Below, piece after piece: positions 9,222-19,062 of a stretch of DNA of 64,000 nucleotides. The notes under the pieces are model-generated. The model was given only the letters and a program-made list of their open reading frames with translations. It searched no databases and was not told the DNA's origin. The translations under genes were made by a program, and so were the position numbers. The stretch comes from Alphaproteobacteria bacterium (GTDB taxonomy: Bacteria; Pseudomonadota; Alphaproteobacteria; SP197): contig OZ219918.1 of the NCBI GenBank assembly GCA_964291415.2, forward strand, positions 160,001-224,000, given 5' to 3'. Every line of letters starts with the position of its first letter. Positions within the stretch are counted from its first letter, which is position 1.

Positions 9222-9998
9222 ATGATTCTCGACGACAGGATCGCCGTCGTCACGGCGGCAGGTTCCGGTATAGGCCGGGCCGGCGCCGAGGCCATGGCCG
9301 CCGAGGGAGCCTTCGTCATCGCCACGGATCTCGTCGCCGAGCGGGCCGCCGGAACTGCTGAGCGCATTCAAAAAGCCGGTGGCGCGGCGACCTCTCTCGC
9401 CGTCGATGCGGGTGATGACGAGGCCCTCGCATTGCTCATGAACCAGGTGGCGGCCGACCATGGCCGCATCGATATCCTTCACAGCCACGCCGGTATCCAG
9501 ATCGAGGGAGGTGTCGGCGACCTTATTGCGGCCGACCTCGACCGCTCCTACCGGTACAATGTGCATGCGCACTACGTCGCGGTGACATGCGCCCTGCCGC
9601 ACATGCAGGATGCTGGTGGCTCGATCCTCTTGACCTCATCCAACGCCGGTGTGTTCCCGGACTACGGCATGACCGGTTACATCACCACCAAGGCTGCCGT
9701 GGTCATGATGGCGGAACAGATGGCGCTTGACCTCGCGCCGCACGGAATTCGCGTGAATGCGCTGTGTCCGGGCTGGATCGACACGCCGTTCAACGACGCA
9801 TACCAGCGCCAGCTCGGCGGCAGGGAGGCGCTCGAGGAGGTTGTTGCCACGCGCGTGCCGCTGGGCCGCTTCGGAACGGTTGGGGAGATTGCCGACGCCA
9901 TTGTCTTTCTCGTTTCCGACCGTTCTTCCTACATCACCGGACACGCCCTCATCGTCGATGGCGGCGAGCGTCTCGTCGGTCCCGGACCTCGCAGCTGA
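9222..9998 (+). CDS. Short-chain dehydrogenase/reductase
   Basis: Motifs VTAAGSGIG, catalytic YITTK, RVNALCPG and ITGHALIVDGG. Confidence 0.92.
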   Translation: MILDDRIAVVTAAGSGIGRAGAEAMAAEGAFVIATDLVAERAAGTAERIQKAGGAATSLAVDAGDDEALALLMNQVAADHGRIDILHSHAGIQIEGGVGDLIAADLDRSYRYNVHAHYVAVTCALPHMQDAGGSILLTSSNAGVFPDYGMTGYITTKAAVVMMAEQMALDLAPHGIRVNALCPGWIDTPFNDAYQRQLGGREALEEVVATRVPLGRFGTVGEIADAIVFLVSDRSSYITGHALIVDGGERLVGPGPRS

Positions 9999-10099
9999 AG
10001 GCAACGGCCTCCGGGCACGTCATCAAGTCGCCGGCCGGCGTAGACGTCAGGGACTCGCGGGACATTCGCCAACGTCGAGGTCGGCAGGCGCGATGCGCG

Positions 10100-11191
10100 T
10101 CATGGTCCTGGATCAAGGCGTCGGAATGCGGTTGAGAGAGCATCCGGGTTGGCGACATGGAGGGGTGGCGCGCCTGTCAGCAGGCGCGCCAGACCATCGG
10201 CCAGCATGGCCGCCGTGCGCGCCGGAACATCACTCGAAATGCCGGCAACGTGGGGTGTGAGGAGAAGCCGGTCCGGGGTCACATCGAACAGTGGGCTGTC
10301 CGGCGGCAGCGGCTCATCGGGATAGACATCGATCAGGGCGCCAGCGATCCGGTCATCGCCCAGTGCTGCCAGGAGTGCATCGTAGTCAAGAGCCGTTGCC
10401 CGTGCGGTATTGACAAGCCAGGGGCGCTTCGCCATGGCGGCGAACTCGCTCTTGCCCAGCAAAGGCCGGCTTCCACCGGCAAGGCGCGCGTGAATGGAGA
10501 CGATGGTGCTTTCGGCAAGAAGGCGGTCCAGTGGTACTGCTTCGGCTCCGGCTGCCGCCAGGCTGGCCGGGTCGACGAAGGGGTCCGTCGCCATCACCCG
10601 GGCGCCGAAGGCCCGGGCGAGACGGGCCACCAGACAGCCGATCCGGCCGGCGCCGACGAGGCCCAGCGTCTGCCGGGACAATTCCGGGCCACTCGGTTTC
10701 TCGAAGGTGTCCTCCAGCGGTGTTGTCCATGACCCCTGGCGCACCCAGTCCAGCGCCAGGGGGATCCTGCGCATGAGGTTGATCATGCCGGCAATGACGA
10801 ATTCGGCGACAGCTTCCTCGTTGCGACCAGGAGCATGGAGCACCGGGATCCCGCGTTCGCTGGCGGCGGCAAGGTTGATGTTGATCGGACCGCCCCTGCC
10901 ACAACAGATGGCAACAAGCCGGGGCGCTTGGTCGATCAGGTCGGCCGTCACCGGCGCGAAAGTGGTGACAAGAAACTGGCAGTCGGCGACATGACGCGCG
11001 ATCTCGTCGACATCGCCGAACGCCTCGGACACCTCGCCGGAGCGGTATGCCGTGACGTCGTTGCTCTCGATGTCGATGCAGCGAAACGAAACGGATATCC
11101 CGTCAGCTGCGAGTCGGTTGCCGAGGACACGCTCGAAAAGCGCTGCCGGGGTGAAATCGTCGCCCAGAACGAGACACGTCCATTCCGTCAT
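10100..11191 (-). CDS. D-2-hydroxyacid dehydrogenase family protein
   Basis: Motifs GRNEEAVAE, LVGAGRIG, VNTAR, DVYPDEP and LTPHVAG. Start MTEWT overlaps the kinase stop. Confidence 0.9.
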   Translation of the reverse strand: MTEWTCLVLGDDFTPAALFERVLGNRLAADGISVSFRCIDIESNDVTAYRSGEVSEAFGDVDEIARHVADCQFLVTTFAPVTADLIDQAPRLVAICCGRGGPININLAAASERGIPVLHAPGRNEEAVAEFVIAGMINLMRRIPLALDWVRQGSWTTPLEDTFEKPSGPELSRQTLGLVGAGRIGCLVARLARAFGARVMATDPFVDPASLAAAGAEAVPLDRLLAESTIVSIHARLAGGSRPLLGKSEFAAMAKRPWLVNTARATALDYDALLAALGDDRIAGALIDVYPDEPLPPDSPLFDVTPDRLLLTPHVAGISSDVPARTAAMLADGLARLLTGAPPLHVANPDALSTAFRRLDPGP

Positions 11192-12663
11192 TTTCTGACC
11201 TCGAGACAGAGTTCCACGGCCCGGCACCACGCCTGGTAACGATCCTCCCGGCACGACCGCATGGCTTCCTGCGGTTCGAAGTGGGTGTCATCCTCAGGTG
11301 ATTCCGTCGCGTCCCCGGCCCACAGGCCGGCACCGACTCCTGCCATGCGGGCGACGCCGTAGGCCGTGAGTTCAGGGCGTGCGGACCGGATGACGGGGCG
11401 CGCGAGAATGTCGGCCTGCAGCTGGAGGAAGTGGTCACTTCGTGCCAGACCGCCATCCACGCGAACGGTGCCGTCGGTCTTCATGTCGTCGAGGACGCGC
11501 TTTACCTGGAAGCAGATGGCCTCAAGAGCAGCCAGGCAGACGTCGCTGTCATCGCTCGAGGCATCGAGGCCCATCACGGCGGCGCGGGCCCGTGGATCCC
11601 ACCAGGGTGACGCCAGTCCCTGGAAGGCAGGGACGAGCATGACGCCCGACGTCGTGTCGGCGCCTTGAGCCCGCTCGATGACCTCGCCGGCGTCGCCGCA
11701 CAACCTGAGGCGGTTGACGAGCCAGTCGAGGATGGCGCCGGCATACATCACGAATCCCTCAAGCGCATAGGTTGGCCGGTCGAGATGCCAGGCAATGGTC
11801 TCGAGACCTCCTGCCACAGCCGAAGACCGGCGCTCGTGGCCACCGTTCATCCACACGAATGCTCCGGTGCCGTACGTGCTCTTCACGGCGCCTTCATTCA
11901 GACAGCCATGACCGAACAGGGAAGCCTGCTGGTCACCCATGGCGGCTGTCAGAGGGACCTCCGCGCCGAAGTGCCTCGTCGCGCATGTTCCCATCATGCA
12001 TCCAGAAGGGACCACCCGCGGCATGGCGCCGGGGTCGATGTCGAAGAGCGCGAGGAGATCGCTGTCCCATGCCAGTGAGCCGATGTTGAAGAGCATGGTG
12101 CGGGAGGCATTGCTGTAGTCGGTGGCATGAAGGGCGCCATCGCTCAGGCGCCACAGGAGCCAGCTGTCAACCGTGCCCCACAACACCTCTCCACGTGCCA
12201 GCGCCCTTGCGATCTCCGGCTCGTGTCGCATGACCCAGCGCAACTTGGTTGCGGTGAAGGTCGGATCGAGATCAAGCCCGGTCCTGTCACGAATGAACCG
12301 GCGGTTGTCCGGTGTGTCGATATCCGCCGTGACACCGGTGCTGCGGCGACATTGCCAGACGATCACAGGATGAACGGGACGGCCGGTGTCCCGTTCCCAC
12401 AGCACCAGGGATTCGGTGTGATTGTCGATGCCCAACCCGGCGATGGCCGAGGCCGGAACAGTGGTGATGTCGAGAAGTTCCCGGGCGCAGTCAAGAACGT
12501 TCGCCACCATGGCTTCGGCATCCTGCTCCACCAGACCGGGCGCCGGATGGGTTGCCGGCAATGCCCTTGTGGTCTGCGCAAGTATGCTCCCCTTGTCATC
12601 GAGCAGGACAGCCTTGGTTCCGGAGGTACCCTGATCGATACCGATCACGTGATCCCGGGTCAT
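11188..12663 (-). CDS. FGGY-family carbohydrate kinase (glycerol kinase-like)
   Basis: Motifs IGIDQGTSGTK, IVWQCRR, TDYSNASRTML, GDQQASLFG, KSTYGTG and RVDGG. Confidence 0.92.
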   Translation of the reverse strand: MTRDHVIGIDQGTSGTKAVLLDDKGSILAQTTRALPATHPAPGLVEQDAEAMVANVLDCARELLDITTVPASAIAGLGIDNHTESLVLWERDTGRPVHPVIVWQCRRSTGVTADIDTPDNRRFIRDRTGLDLDPTFTATKLRWVMRHEPEIARALARGEVLWGTVDSWLLWRLSDGALHATDYSNASRTMLFNIGSLAWDSDLLALFDIDPGAMPRVVPSGCMMGTCATRHFGAEVPLTAAMGDQQASLFGHGCLNEGAVKSTYGTGAFVWMNGGHERRSSAVAGGLETIAWHLDRPTYALEGFVMYAGAILDWLVNRLRLCGDAGEVIERAQGADTTSGVMLVPAFQGLASPWWDPRARAAVMGLDASSDDSDVCLAALEAICFQVKRVLDDMKTDGTVRVDGGLARSDHFLQLQADILARPVIRSARPELTAYGVARMAGVGAGLWAGDATESPEDDTHFEPQEAMRSCREDRYQAWCRAVELCLEVRK

Positions 12664-12672
12664 TGATACTGA

Positions 12673-12718
12673 CAGGCCGGCTCCCGAACCCGTTGCGAAG
12701 GGTCCGGGAGCCGGCCTG
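12673..12718. terminator. Strong GC-rich stem-loop between the SBP and kinase genes (mRNA stabiliser or attenuator)
   Basis: CAGGCCGGCTCCCG...CGGGAGCCGGCCTG forms a perfect 14-bp inverted repeat immediately after the SBP stop. There is no clear U-tract. Confidence 0.65.
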
Positions 12719-12726
12719 ATATCACT

Positions 12727-14247
12727 TTACTGGTACTCGGCGAGTGCCGGAATCTCGGCGTAGATCTCCTCGACCGCGGCATCAAGGCCCTCCTTGGGCT
12801 CCATCTGCCCTGCCAGGACAGCACTCAGATGCTTCATGAGGATCTCTTCGAGAGTGGCGTACTCGGGGAAGTTCTCCAGCTTGAAAATCACCGGTTGTGT
12901 TTCGCCCGTCACCGGGTCGACGGCATCGACGTAACTCGCCGGAACTCCATCGGCCGCGCCGCTGCTGCGCAGGGCCGGCTGCCCGTCATACTCGGGAACT
13001 CGGCCGCTCAGCATGTAGTGGTTGGTGGCGGCATAATCGAGTGCCCTCACGAACTCCTCGTGATAGGCCGATTCGGTGAGCGAGATACTGCCCGTCGACA
13101 TCAGCTTCGCCTGCACGTCTGGCCGCTGAGTCCACTGCAGGAAGAGAGCGGCCGCTTCCGGATTCTTCGAGCTTGTCGGTATGAACATGCCCCACTGGTG
13201 CAGGTTGACGATCTTGCGGGCACCGATGGGTGTGCCGCTGAACGCGATTCTGCCGGCGACAGTCGACTGCTCTTCGTCGTGCGCCATGGCATATGACGCA
13301 TCGGCCCACAACAGGGTCTGGGCAGCGATGCCGCTCTGGATGGCGGCGAGCTGCTCGTCCCAAGTGTAGGTCAGCGATCCGGGCGGGCATGTCTCAAGCA
13401 GCAGGTCCCTGTAGAAGGTCAGGGCCTCGACGCCCTTCTCGTTGTTGATCACAACGGGTCCGTACTCGGGGCCTGAGGCACTGTCGATGACGAGACCATC
13501 GTAAGCATAGAGAATGTTGTAGAAGTTATAGAGCATCGAGACATGGCGCTTGCCCGAAAGGGTGAGGCCGTAGAAGGGCTGCTCCAGGGTCTCGCCGGCC
13601 AGCATGTCACCCGATTCACGGGTGAAGAACATTGCCGTGTCGCGAAGCTCGTCGAGCGTGACGGGCGGTGAGGGAAGGTCATAACCGTACTCTTCCTTGA
13701 ATGCAGCCTGCTCATCGGGGTGCTCAAACACGTCATAGCGCCAGTTGAGATAGATCGTGTGCGCCGAGAAAGGCACACCGTAGAGCGTACCTTCGTGGGC
13801 CAGTGACGCGTTGAGCCAGTCCTGGCTCAGCACCTGGTCGACCACGGCGAATTCCGGATCGGCAAGGGCCGGATCGTTGAGATAGGTTTCCAGAGGCAGA
13901 GCCCAGCCGTTGACCACGAGAGTCGGCACCCGCATCAGAGGGTTGAGCACCGCGTCATAGAAACCGGTGCCGCCAATGAAATCGGCCGACGTCTTCTGGA
14001 TGACCTGGTCGAAGGCATGCTGTTCGACCTCGACCATGATGCCTGTCTCCGCTTCGAAGGCCGCCTTCTGCTGGTCCAGGGACTCGAGAGGGGGAAGGGC
14101 TTCCCCGATGACGCGAATGGTCACCCCTTCGTAGGGCTTTGCGGCCTCGCTGAGAGACCACTCTTCTGCCGACGCACCGGATAGCACCACACTGCCGCCG
14201 GCCACCATCGCGGCAAGCAGCAGACTACGGGAACGGGTTCTGATCAT
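12727..14247 (-). CDS. Carbohydrate ABC transporter solute-binding protein
   Basis: Signal peptide, then AAKPYEGVTI, FEAETGI, YGVPF, WRYDVF and a C-terminal EPKEGLD, typical of sugar-binding proteins. Confidence 0.9.
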   Translation of the reverse strand: MIRTRSRSLLLAAMVAGGSVVLSGASAEEWSLSEAAKPYEGVTIRVIGEALPPLESLDQQKAAFEAETGIMVEVEQHAFDQVIQKTSADFIGGTGFYDAVLNPLMRVPTLVVNGWALPLETYLNDPALADPEFAVVDQVLSQDWLNASLAHEGTLYGVPFSAHTIYLNWRYDVFEHPDEQAAFKEEYGYDLPSPPVTLDELRDTAMFFTRESGDMLAGETLEQPFYGLTLSGKRHVSMLYNFYNILYAYDGLVIDSASGPEYGPVVINNEKGVEALTFYRDLLLETCPPGSLTYTWDEQLAAIQSGIAAQTLLWADASYAMAHDEEQSTVAGRIAFSGTPIGARKIVNLHQWGMFIPTSSKNPEAAALFLQWTQRPDVQAKLMSTGSISLTESAYHEEFVRALDYAATNHYMLSGRVPEYDGQPALRSSGAADGVPASYVDAVDPVTGETQPVIFKLENFPEYATLEEILMKHLSAVLAGQMEPKEGLDAAVEEIYAEIPALAEYQ

Positions 14248-14487
14248 GTTGTACTCCTCGTTGACAGTCTTCTGATTGAACGGCCCTCACCGACAACCGG
14301 ACCGGCTTCCGGCAAGCCATTGCGGGCACTATGCCGGTTCTCCGGAACCAAGTCACCCTGCGGTGCGCCGGGCCGGCAATGCCGGAAAGTCTTCGCCGAA
14401 CCCTTCAGTCCACTGGACCTCCTCCTGCGGCCCGGCGGAACCGATGAGGATGGGACGGGGCGGGGACGACCAGGGCGGTCGCGCCGG

Positions 14488-15228
14488 TCATCCGGCTGGT
14501 TGTGATGCTGCCGGAACATACGACACGGCGTCGGCGAGCGTGTCCACGAGGCGGGCGCGGCTGGCCTCGTGCCGGTCGTGCGGCGAGAAAGGCGGAACGA
14601 TGTCATCGTATTCCGCCATGGCGTCGCGGATCTCGCGGGCTTCTGCCGGCGAATAGGAGGTTCTCGTCCCGTCGTGCGTGAGCCGTTTCAGACGTTCGAC
14701 GGCGACAGTCTTGCGGGCAATGTTCCGGATGTCCCAGGAATCATGGACACAGATGCCCCATGTCCCGGCACGCCAGTTGGTCCAGACATAGGTTTCGAAG
14801 TGGTGGTCGAAGCCCGCCCTGTCGATGGCGCCGTCTTCAGCCATGAAGCCCCCGTAGGTGATGGCGGCGGCGCCATGGCGAACGAGGCCGTCGAGGAATC
14901 CGGTGCGAAGCTCCTCCCTGAGTACCGGAGCGAGGTGCCGGGGAGACGTTCCTTCGAGGCGAGGCGCGATCGACAGGACCCAGGTGATGACGTCCGCCGC
15001 GAAATGGCGGGAGACGGTCTTCAGCGACACCGTGTCGGCGTCGCCGTTGATGTGGGCCCATAACTCCTCGCGCTGGCGACGCTCGTAGCTGGCGCCCGGC
15101 ATGCATCCGGTGGCAATCAGGTCCTCAAGACGGTCGTCTGCCAGTCCTGTCCTCTCCGCGATGTCCTGAAGCGACACGTAGCGCTCTTCGAGATAGGATT
15201 CGAGTTCGTCGGTGGTCCAGTTCGCCAT
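14488..15228 (-). CDS. DUF6058-like protein
   Basis: N-terminal YLEERY...L....MPGASY, GTWGICV and C-terminal PFSPHDRHEASRARLV resemble DUF6058 as recalled. Confidence 0.6.
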   Translation of the reverse strand: MANWTTDELESYLEERYVSLQDIAERTGLADDRLEDLIATGCMPGASYERRQREELWAHINGDADTVSLKTVSRHFAADVITWVLSIAPRLEGTSPRHLAPVLREELRTGFLDGLVRHGAAAITYGGFMAEDGAIDRAGFDHHFETYVWTNWRAGTWGICVHDSWDIRNIARKTVAVERLKRLTHDGTRTSYSPAEAREIRDAMAEYDDIVPPFSPHDRHEASRARLVDTLADAVSYVPAASQPAG

Positions 15229-15275
15229 CTCAATCTCAGGTGGTCTGACATGTACATTTTATGTGACAATAAAGT

Positions 15276-15971
15276 ATGAATGTCAAGACATCGATGGTGA
15301 ACGTCGGGTCGATGATCGGCTCTCCGATCCGGGCAACGATGCTTGGAGCCCTCCTTGGCGGGCGGGCATTGACGGCAACCGAGCTTGCGCGCCTGGCGTC
15401 AGCATCGCCGGCTTCGGCAAGCCAGCACCTCGCGAAGCTGGTTGCAGCGGGACTTCTGGCTGTCGAGAGGCACGGGCGACATCGCTACTACAGCATGGCT
15501 TCCACCGACATCGCTGCGGCGCTCTCCGCGCTCGAAAGCCTCGGTGCGCCTCTTCCCAGGCCTCCGGTGCCTGAAAAATCCGACGCAATTCGAGAGGCGC
15601 GTCTGTGCTATGACCATGTGGCTGGCGGACTCGGTGTCGGCATCACCGACGCCTTGCTTTCGAACGGCTGGCTCGAATCAACGGGCCGCGACTATTGGCT
15701 GACAAAACCGGGTGAGATGTTCATGCAGCGCCTCGGGGTCGACGTCGATGGCGCCCGGGCGAAGCGCCGCCTCTTTGCCCGCGCATGCCTTGACTGGAGC
15801 GAACGCCGCCCGCACCTGGCAGGAGCCCTCGGCGCCGGTCTCGCCGCCCGGCTGTTCGAACTGGACTGGCTGGAACGTTCCGGACGCCCGCGCGAGATCC
15901 GCGTGACAGCCGGAGGCGAAGTGGAGTTGGTCCGCCTCTTCGGCATGACGCCCGCGACAAGGGACGAGTGA
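15276..15971 (+). CDS. ArsR/SmtB family transcriptional regulator
   Basis: HTH TATELARLA...ASQHLAKL, GRHRYY, ARLCYDHVAG and CLDWSERRPHLAGALG. Confidence 0.9.
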   Translation: MNVKTSMVNVGSMIGSPIRATMLGALLGGRALTATELARLASASPASASQHLAKLVAAGLLAVERHGRHRYYSMASTDIAAALSALESLGAPLPRPPVPEKSDAIREARLCYDHVAGGLGVGITDALLSNGWLESTGRDYWLTKPGEMFMQRLGVDVDGARAKRRLFARACLDWSERRPHLAGALGAGLAARLFELDWLERSGRPREIRVTAGGEVELVRLFGMTPATRDE

Positions 15972-16076
15972 CCGCCGACGCCTCAAACGCCTGTTCGAAA
16001 GCGGCGGGGCCTGTGCCATGGTATGAGGAGCGTCGCGGCGAAACCCTCCCACTGGAAACAGGACCCGGATCGAACG

Positions 16077-17264
16077 ATGCGCCAGCCTCCCCGGCGCAGG
16101 CCGTCCCTGCTTGTCCTGGTGATGATCTCGTCGATCGGTCCCCTGGCGCTGCAGGTCCTGGTCCCGGCGATGCCGGGCCTCGCCAGCGACTTCCACACGG
16201 ATTTTTCCGTCACCCAGATGTCTCTTTCGGTCTACCTGATCGGCATTGTGGCGGGGCAACTCGTCTATGGCCCCCTCTCCGACCGGTTCGGCCGCCGCCC
16301 GGTCCTCATCGCAGGGCTCGTGGTCTATGTCGGCGGCACACTCTTTTGCCTGGTGGCCTGGGACATCGGGGCGCTCATCATCGGCCGGGCGTTCCAGGCG
16401 TTGGGCGGCAGTGCCGGGATCGTGCTGGCGCGCGCCATCATCAGGGACATCCACGATCGCGAGGGATCGGCGCAGATGCTCGCCTATGTCACGGCGTGCA
16501 TGATTGTCGCTCCGATGATCGGCGCCATCGCCGGCGGCTACCTCTACGAGTGGTATGGCTGGCAGTCGGTCATGCTGCTGGCACTGGCCATCGGTCTTCT
16601 CGTCACCGGGGTCTGCATCGTTGTCCTGAGCGAAACCAACACGAGGCGCACGTCCCGCACCTCGATTCGGGACATGACGAGGGATTGGGCGCGCCTCCTC
16701 GGCAAGCGCCTGTTCCTGGGCTACGCCCTGCAGGTCTCCTTTACCACGGCAGCGTTCTTCACATTCCTGGGAGGCGCATCGGCGGTGGCGGTGGACATCT
16801 ACGGCCGAAGTCCGTCTGAGTACGCCCTCTTGTTCATGCTGGTTCCAGGCAGCTACATGACCGGCAACGTCATCTCCGGGCGCATCGGCCGGCGAGTCGG
16901 CATCGACCGGAAGATCACCATCGGGGCCTCGCTGTCGTCCGCGGCGGCTCTCGTGATGATGGTCCTTTTCGTTTCCGGCTGGTTCGGGCTGATCCACTTC
17001 TTCGTGCTGGCCGGCGTGATGTCCCTGGGCAACGGCTTCAGCATGCCCAACGGCTTCGCCGGCATCGTCAGCGTCGAGCCCGGCCGCGCCGGTACGGCAT
17101 CCGGCCTCTCCGGCGCCATGCAGATGGGCCTGGGCGCCACGGCCATGACAATCGTCGGCCACACCCTGACGGATAGCCCGATGCCGGTGATTGTCATCAT
17201 GTTCGTCCTTGCGCTGCTGGCGCTGATCGCCCATTTGCATGGCACGAGAGGGAACGTACCTTGA
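16077..17264 (+). CDS. Bcr/CflA family multidrug MFS transporter
   Basis: About 12 TM helices, GPLSDRFGRRPVL, GRAFQALGG and AGTASGL. Confidence 0.9.
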   Translation: MRQPPRRRPSLLVLVMISSIGPLALQVLVPAMPGLASDFHTDFSVTQMSLSVYLIGIVAGQLVYGPLSDRFGRRPVLIAGLVVYVGGTLFCLVAWDIGALIIGRAFQALGGSAGIVLARAIIRDIHDREGSAQMLAYVTACMIVAPMIGAIAGGYLYEWYGWQSVMLLALAIGLLVTGVCIVVLSETNTRRTSRTSIRDMTRDWARLLGKRLFLGYALQVSFTTAAFFTFLGGASAVAVDIYGRSPSEYALLFMLVPGSYMTGNVISGRIGRRVGIDRKITIGASLSSAAALVMMVLFVSGWFGLIHFFVLAGVMSLGNGFSMPNGFAGIVSVEPGRAGTASGLSGAMQMGLGATAMTIVGHTLTDSPMPVIVIMFVLALLALIAHLHGTRGNVP

Positions 17265-17289
17265 TGACGAAGAACCGGGAGATTCAACG

Positions 17290-18261
17290 TTGAAAGCCTT
17301 GCTGTGCCGCGCGTGGGGGGGACCCGAAAACCTCGTCGTGGGCGATGTGCCCGAACCTGAGCCCGGTCCCGGGGAAATCGTCGTCCGTGTCGAAGGCTGT
17401 GGAGTCAATTTCGCCGACACCCTCATCATCCAGGGCACGTACCAGGTGAAACCCGAACACCCCTTCACGCCGGGCATGGAAGTGGCCGGCACGGTCCTCA
17501 AGGCCGGGTCCGGGGTTGAGGACTTCAGACCAGGCGACGCGGTCATCGGCATGCCCGGCGTCGGTGGTTTCGCCGAGCAGGTGGTGTGCAAGGCCTCTCA
17601 GGCGATGCGGCGTCCCGCCGGAATCGATGCCGTGACAGCCGCCGCCATTCCCATCGTCTACGGCACGGCGCACATCGGCCTCGAGGTGCGGGGCATGCTT
17701 CAACCGGGCGAGAGTCTCCTCGTGCACGGAGCGTCCGGCGGCGTCGGCCTCGCCGCGGTCGAGGTGGGCAAGGCCATGGGCGCCCTCGTCATCGCCACGG
17801 CGAGCAGTGCCGACAAGCTGGAGACGGCACGCCGTCACGGTGCGGACCATGTCATCGACTATCGCGCCGGTGAGTTCCGCAACGAAGTCAAGGAAATCAC
17901 GAAGGGCGGCGCCGACGTCATCTTTGATCCCGTGGGTGGTGACGTCTTCGACCAGTCATTGCGCTGCATTGCCTGGGAAGGGCGACTGCTGACCATCGGA
18001 TTTGCCTCGGGACGCATCCCCCAGGCTCCTGCCAACATCCTGCTGGTCAAGAACATCTCCGTCATCGGCGTTCACTGGTCCAACTACCGCGAACGCCAGC
18101 CCGCACTCCTCAGGCACTCGTTCGAGCGGATCTTCGGGTGGATCTCCGAAGGCACGCTGCGCCCGCTGGTCTCGAGGACCTACACGCTCGCGGAGGCGCC
18201 GCAAGCACTCGCCGACCTCGCCGGCCGCCGGGCCCATGGCAAGATCGTGGTCACTCCCTGA
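17290..18261 (+). CDS. NADPH:quinone oxidoreductase family (MDR) protein
   Basis: Motifs GVNFAD, PFTPGMEVAG, VHGASGGVG, DPVGG and GFASG. Probable TTG start. Confidence 0.9.
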   Translation: MKALLCRAWGGPENLVVGDVPEPEPGPGEIVVRVEGCGVNFADTLIIQGTYQVKPEHPFTPGMEVAGTVLKAGSGVEDFRPGDAVIGMPGVGGFAEQVVCKASQAMRRPAGIDAVTAAAIPIVYGTAHIGLEVRGMLQPGESLLVHGASGGVGLAAVEVGKAMGALVIATASSADKLETARRHGADHVIDYRAGEFRNEVKEITKGGADVIFDPVGGDVFDQSLRCIAWEGRLLTIGFASGRIPQAPANILLVKNISVIGVHWSNYRERQPALLRHSFERIFGWISEGTLRPLVSRTYTLAEAPQALADLAGRRAHGKIVVTP

Positions 18262-18276
18262 CATGACGAGGACAAC

Positions 18277-19059
18277 GTGATGCGACATGAGGGCAAGGTT
18301 GCGGTGGTGACCGGGGCGGCCCAGGGAATCGGGCTCGCCTGCGCCAGCCGGCTTGCGGGAGAGGGTGCTCTGGTCGTCATGGGGGATATCCAGGGGGCGA
18401 AGGTCGCCGAAGAGGCAGAGGCACTGGGCGCCGTCGCCATGACCACGGACGTGTCGCGCCGCGAGGACGTCGACGCCCTGGTCCGGTGCGCCGTCGAGAC
18501 GCACGACCGCCTCGACATCATGGTCAACAATGCCGGCGTGGGCTTCAGCGCCGGCGTTCTGGACATCGAGGAGGAGGATTTCGACCGCATCCTCGGCGTC
18601 AATCTCAAGGGAGTCCTGTTTGGTTCACAAGCCGCTGCGCGCGTCATGGTGGAGCAGGCATCCGGCGGCGCCATCGTCAACATGTCGTCGGTCCAGGCCG
18701 AGCTTGCCATTCCCAACAGTGTCGCCTACGGCGTCTCGAAGGCGGGGATCAACCAGCTGACGAGGATCTTCTCCGTCGCCCTGGCAAGCCGCAATGTCAG
18801 GTGCAATGCCGTGGGGCCCGGCACCATCCTCACCGACATGGCGCGAGGCGCCGTCCTTTCCAGCGACGAGGCCTACCGGATGATCCTGTCGCGCACGCCG
18901 CTGGGTCGACTGGGCGCAGCGGACGAGGTCGCCTCCGTCGTCTCGTTCCTGGCAAGCGACGATGCAGCCTATGTCACGGGCCAGGTCATCTATCCCGACG
19001 GCGGACGCATGCCGGTGAACTACACCGTGCCGGTGGACACACTGCCCGCGATCGAGTGA
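18277..19059 (+). CDS. Short-chain dehydrogenase/reductase
   Basis: Motifs TGAAQGIG, NNAG, YGVSK and VTGQVIYPDGG. Confidence 0.92.
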   Translation: MMRHEGKVAVVTGAAQGIGLACASRLAGEGALVVMGDIQGAKVAEEAEALGAVAMTTDVSRREDVDALVRCAVETHDRLDIMVNNAGVGFSAGVLDIEEEDFDRILGVNLKGVLFGSQAAARVMVEQASGGAIVNMSSVQAELAIPNSVAYGVSKAGINQLTRIFSVALASRNVRCNAVGPGTILTDMARGAVLSSDEAYRMILSRTPLGRLGAADEVASVVSFLASDDAAYVTGQVIYPDGGRMPVNYTVPVDTLPAIE

Positions 19060-19062
19060 CGC

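Noticed and set aside
11188-12663. Calling the kinase glpK
   Set aside because: It is glycerol-kinase-like but divergent (DNHTES in place of TNQRET) and lacks glpD/glpF context, so the substrate was left unassigned.
15678-17591. 637-aa minus-strand ORF, and similar long ORFs at 55290-57041, 41302-42720, 19911-21344 and 6486-7790
   Set aside because: Each overlaps a well-supported gene on the opposite strand and lacks recognisable domains.
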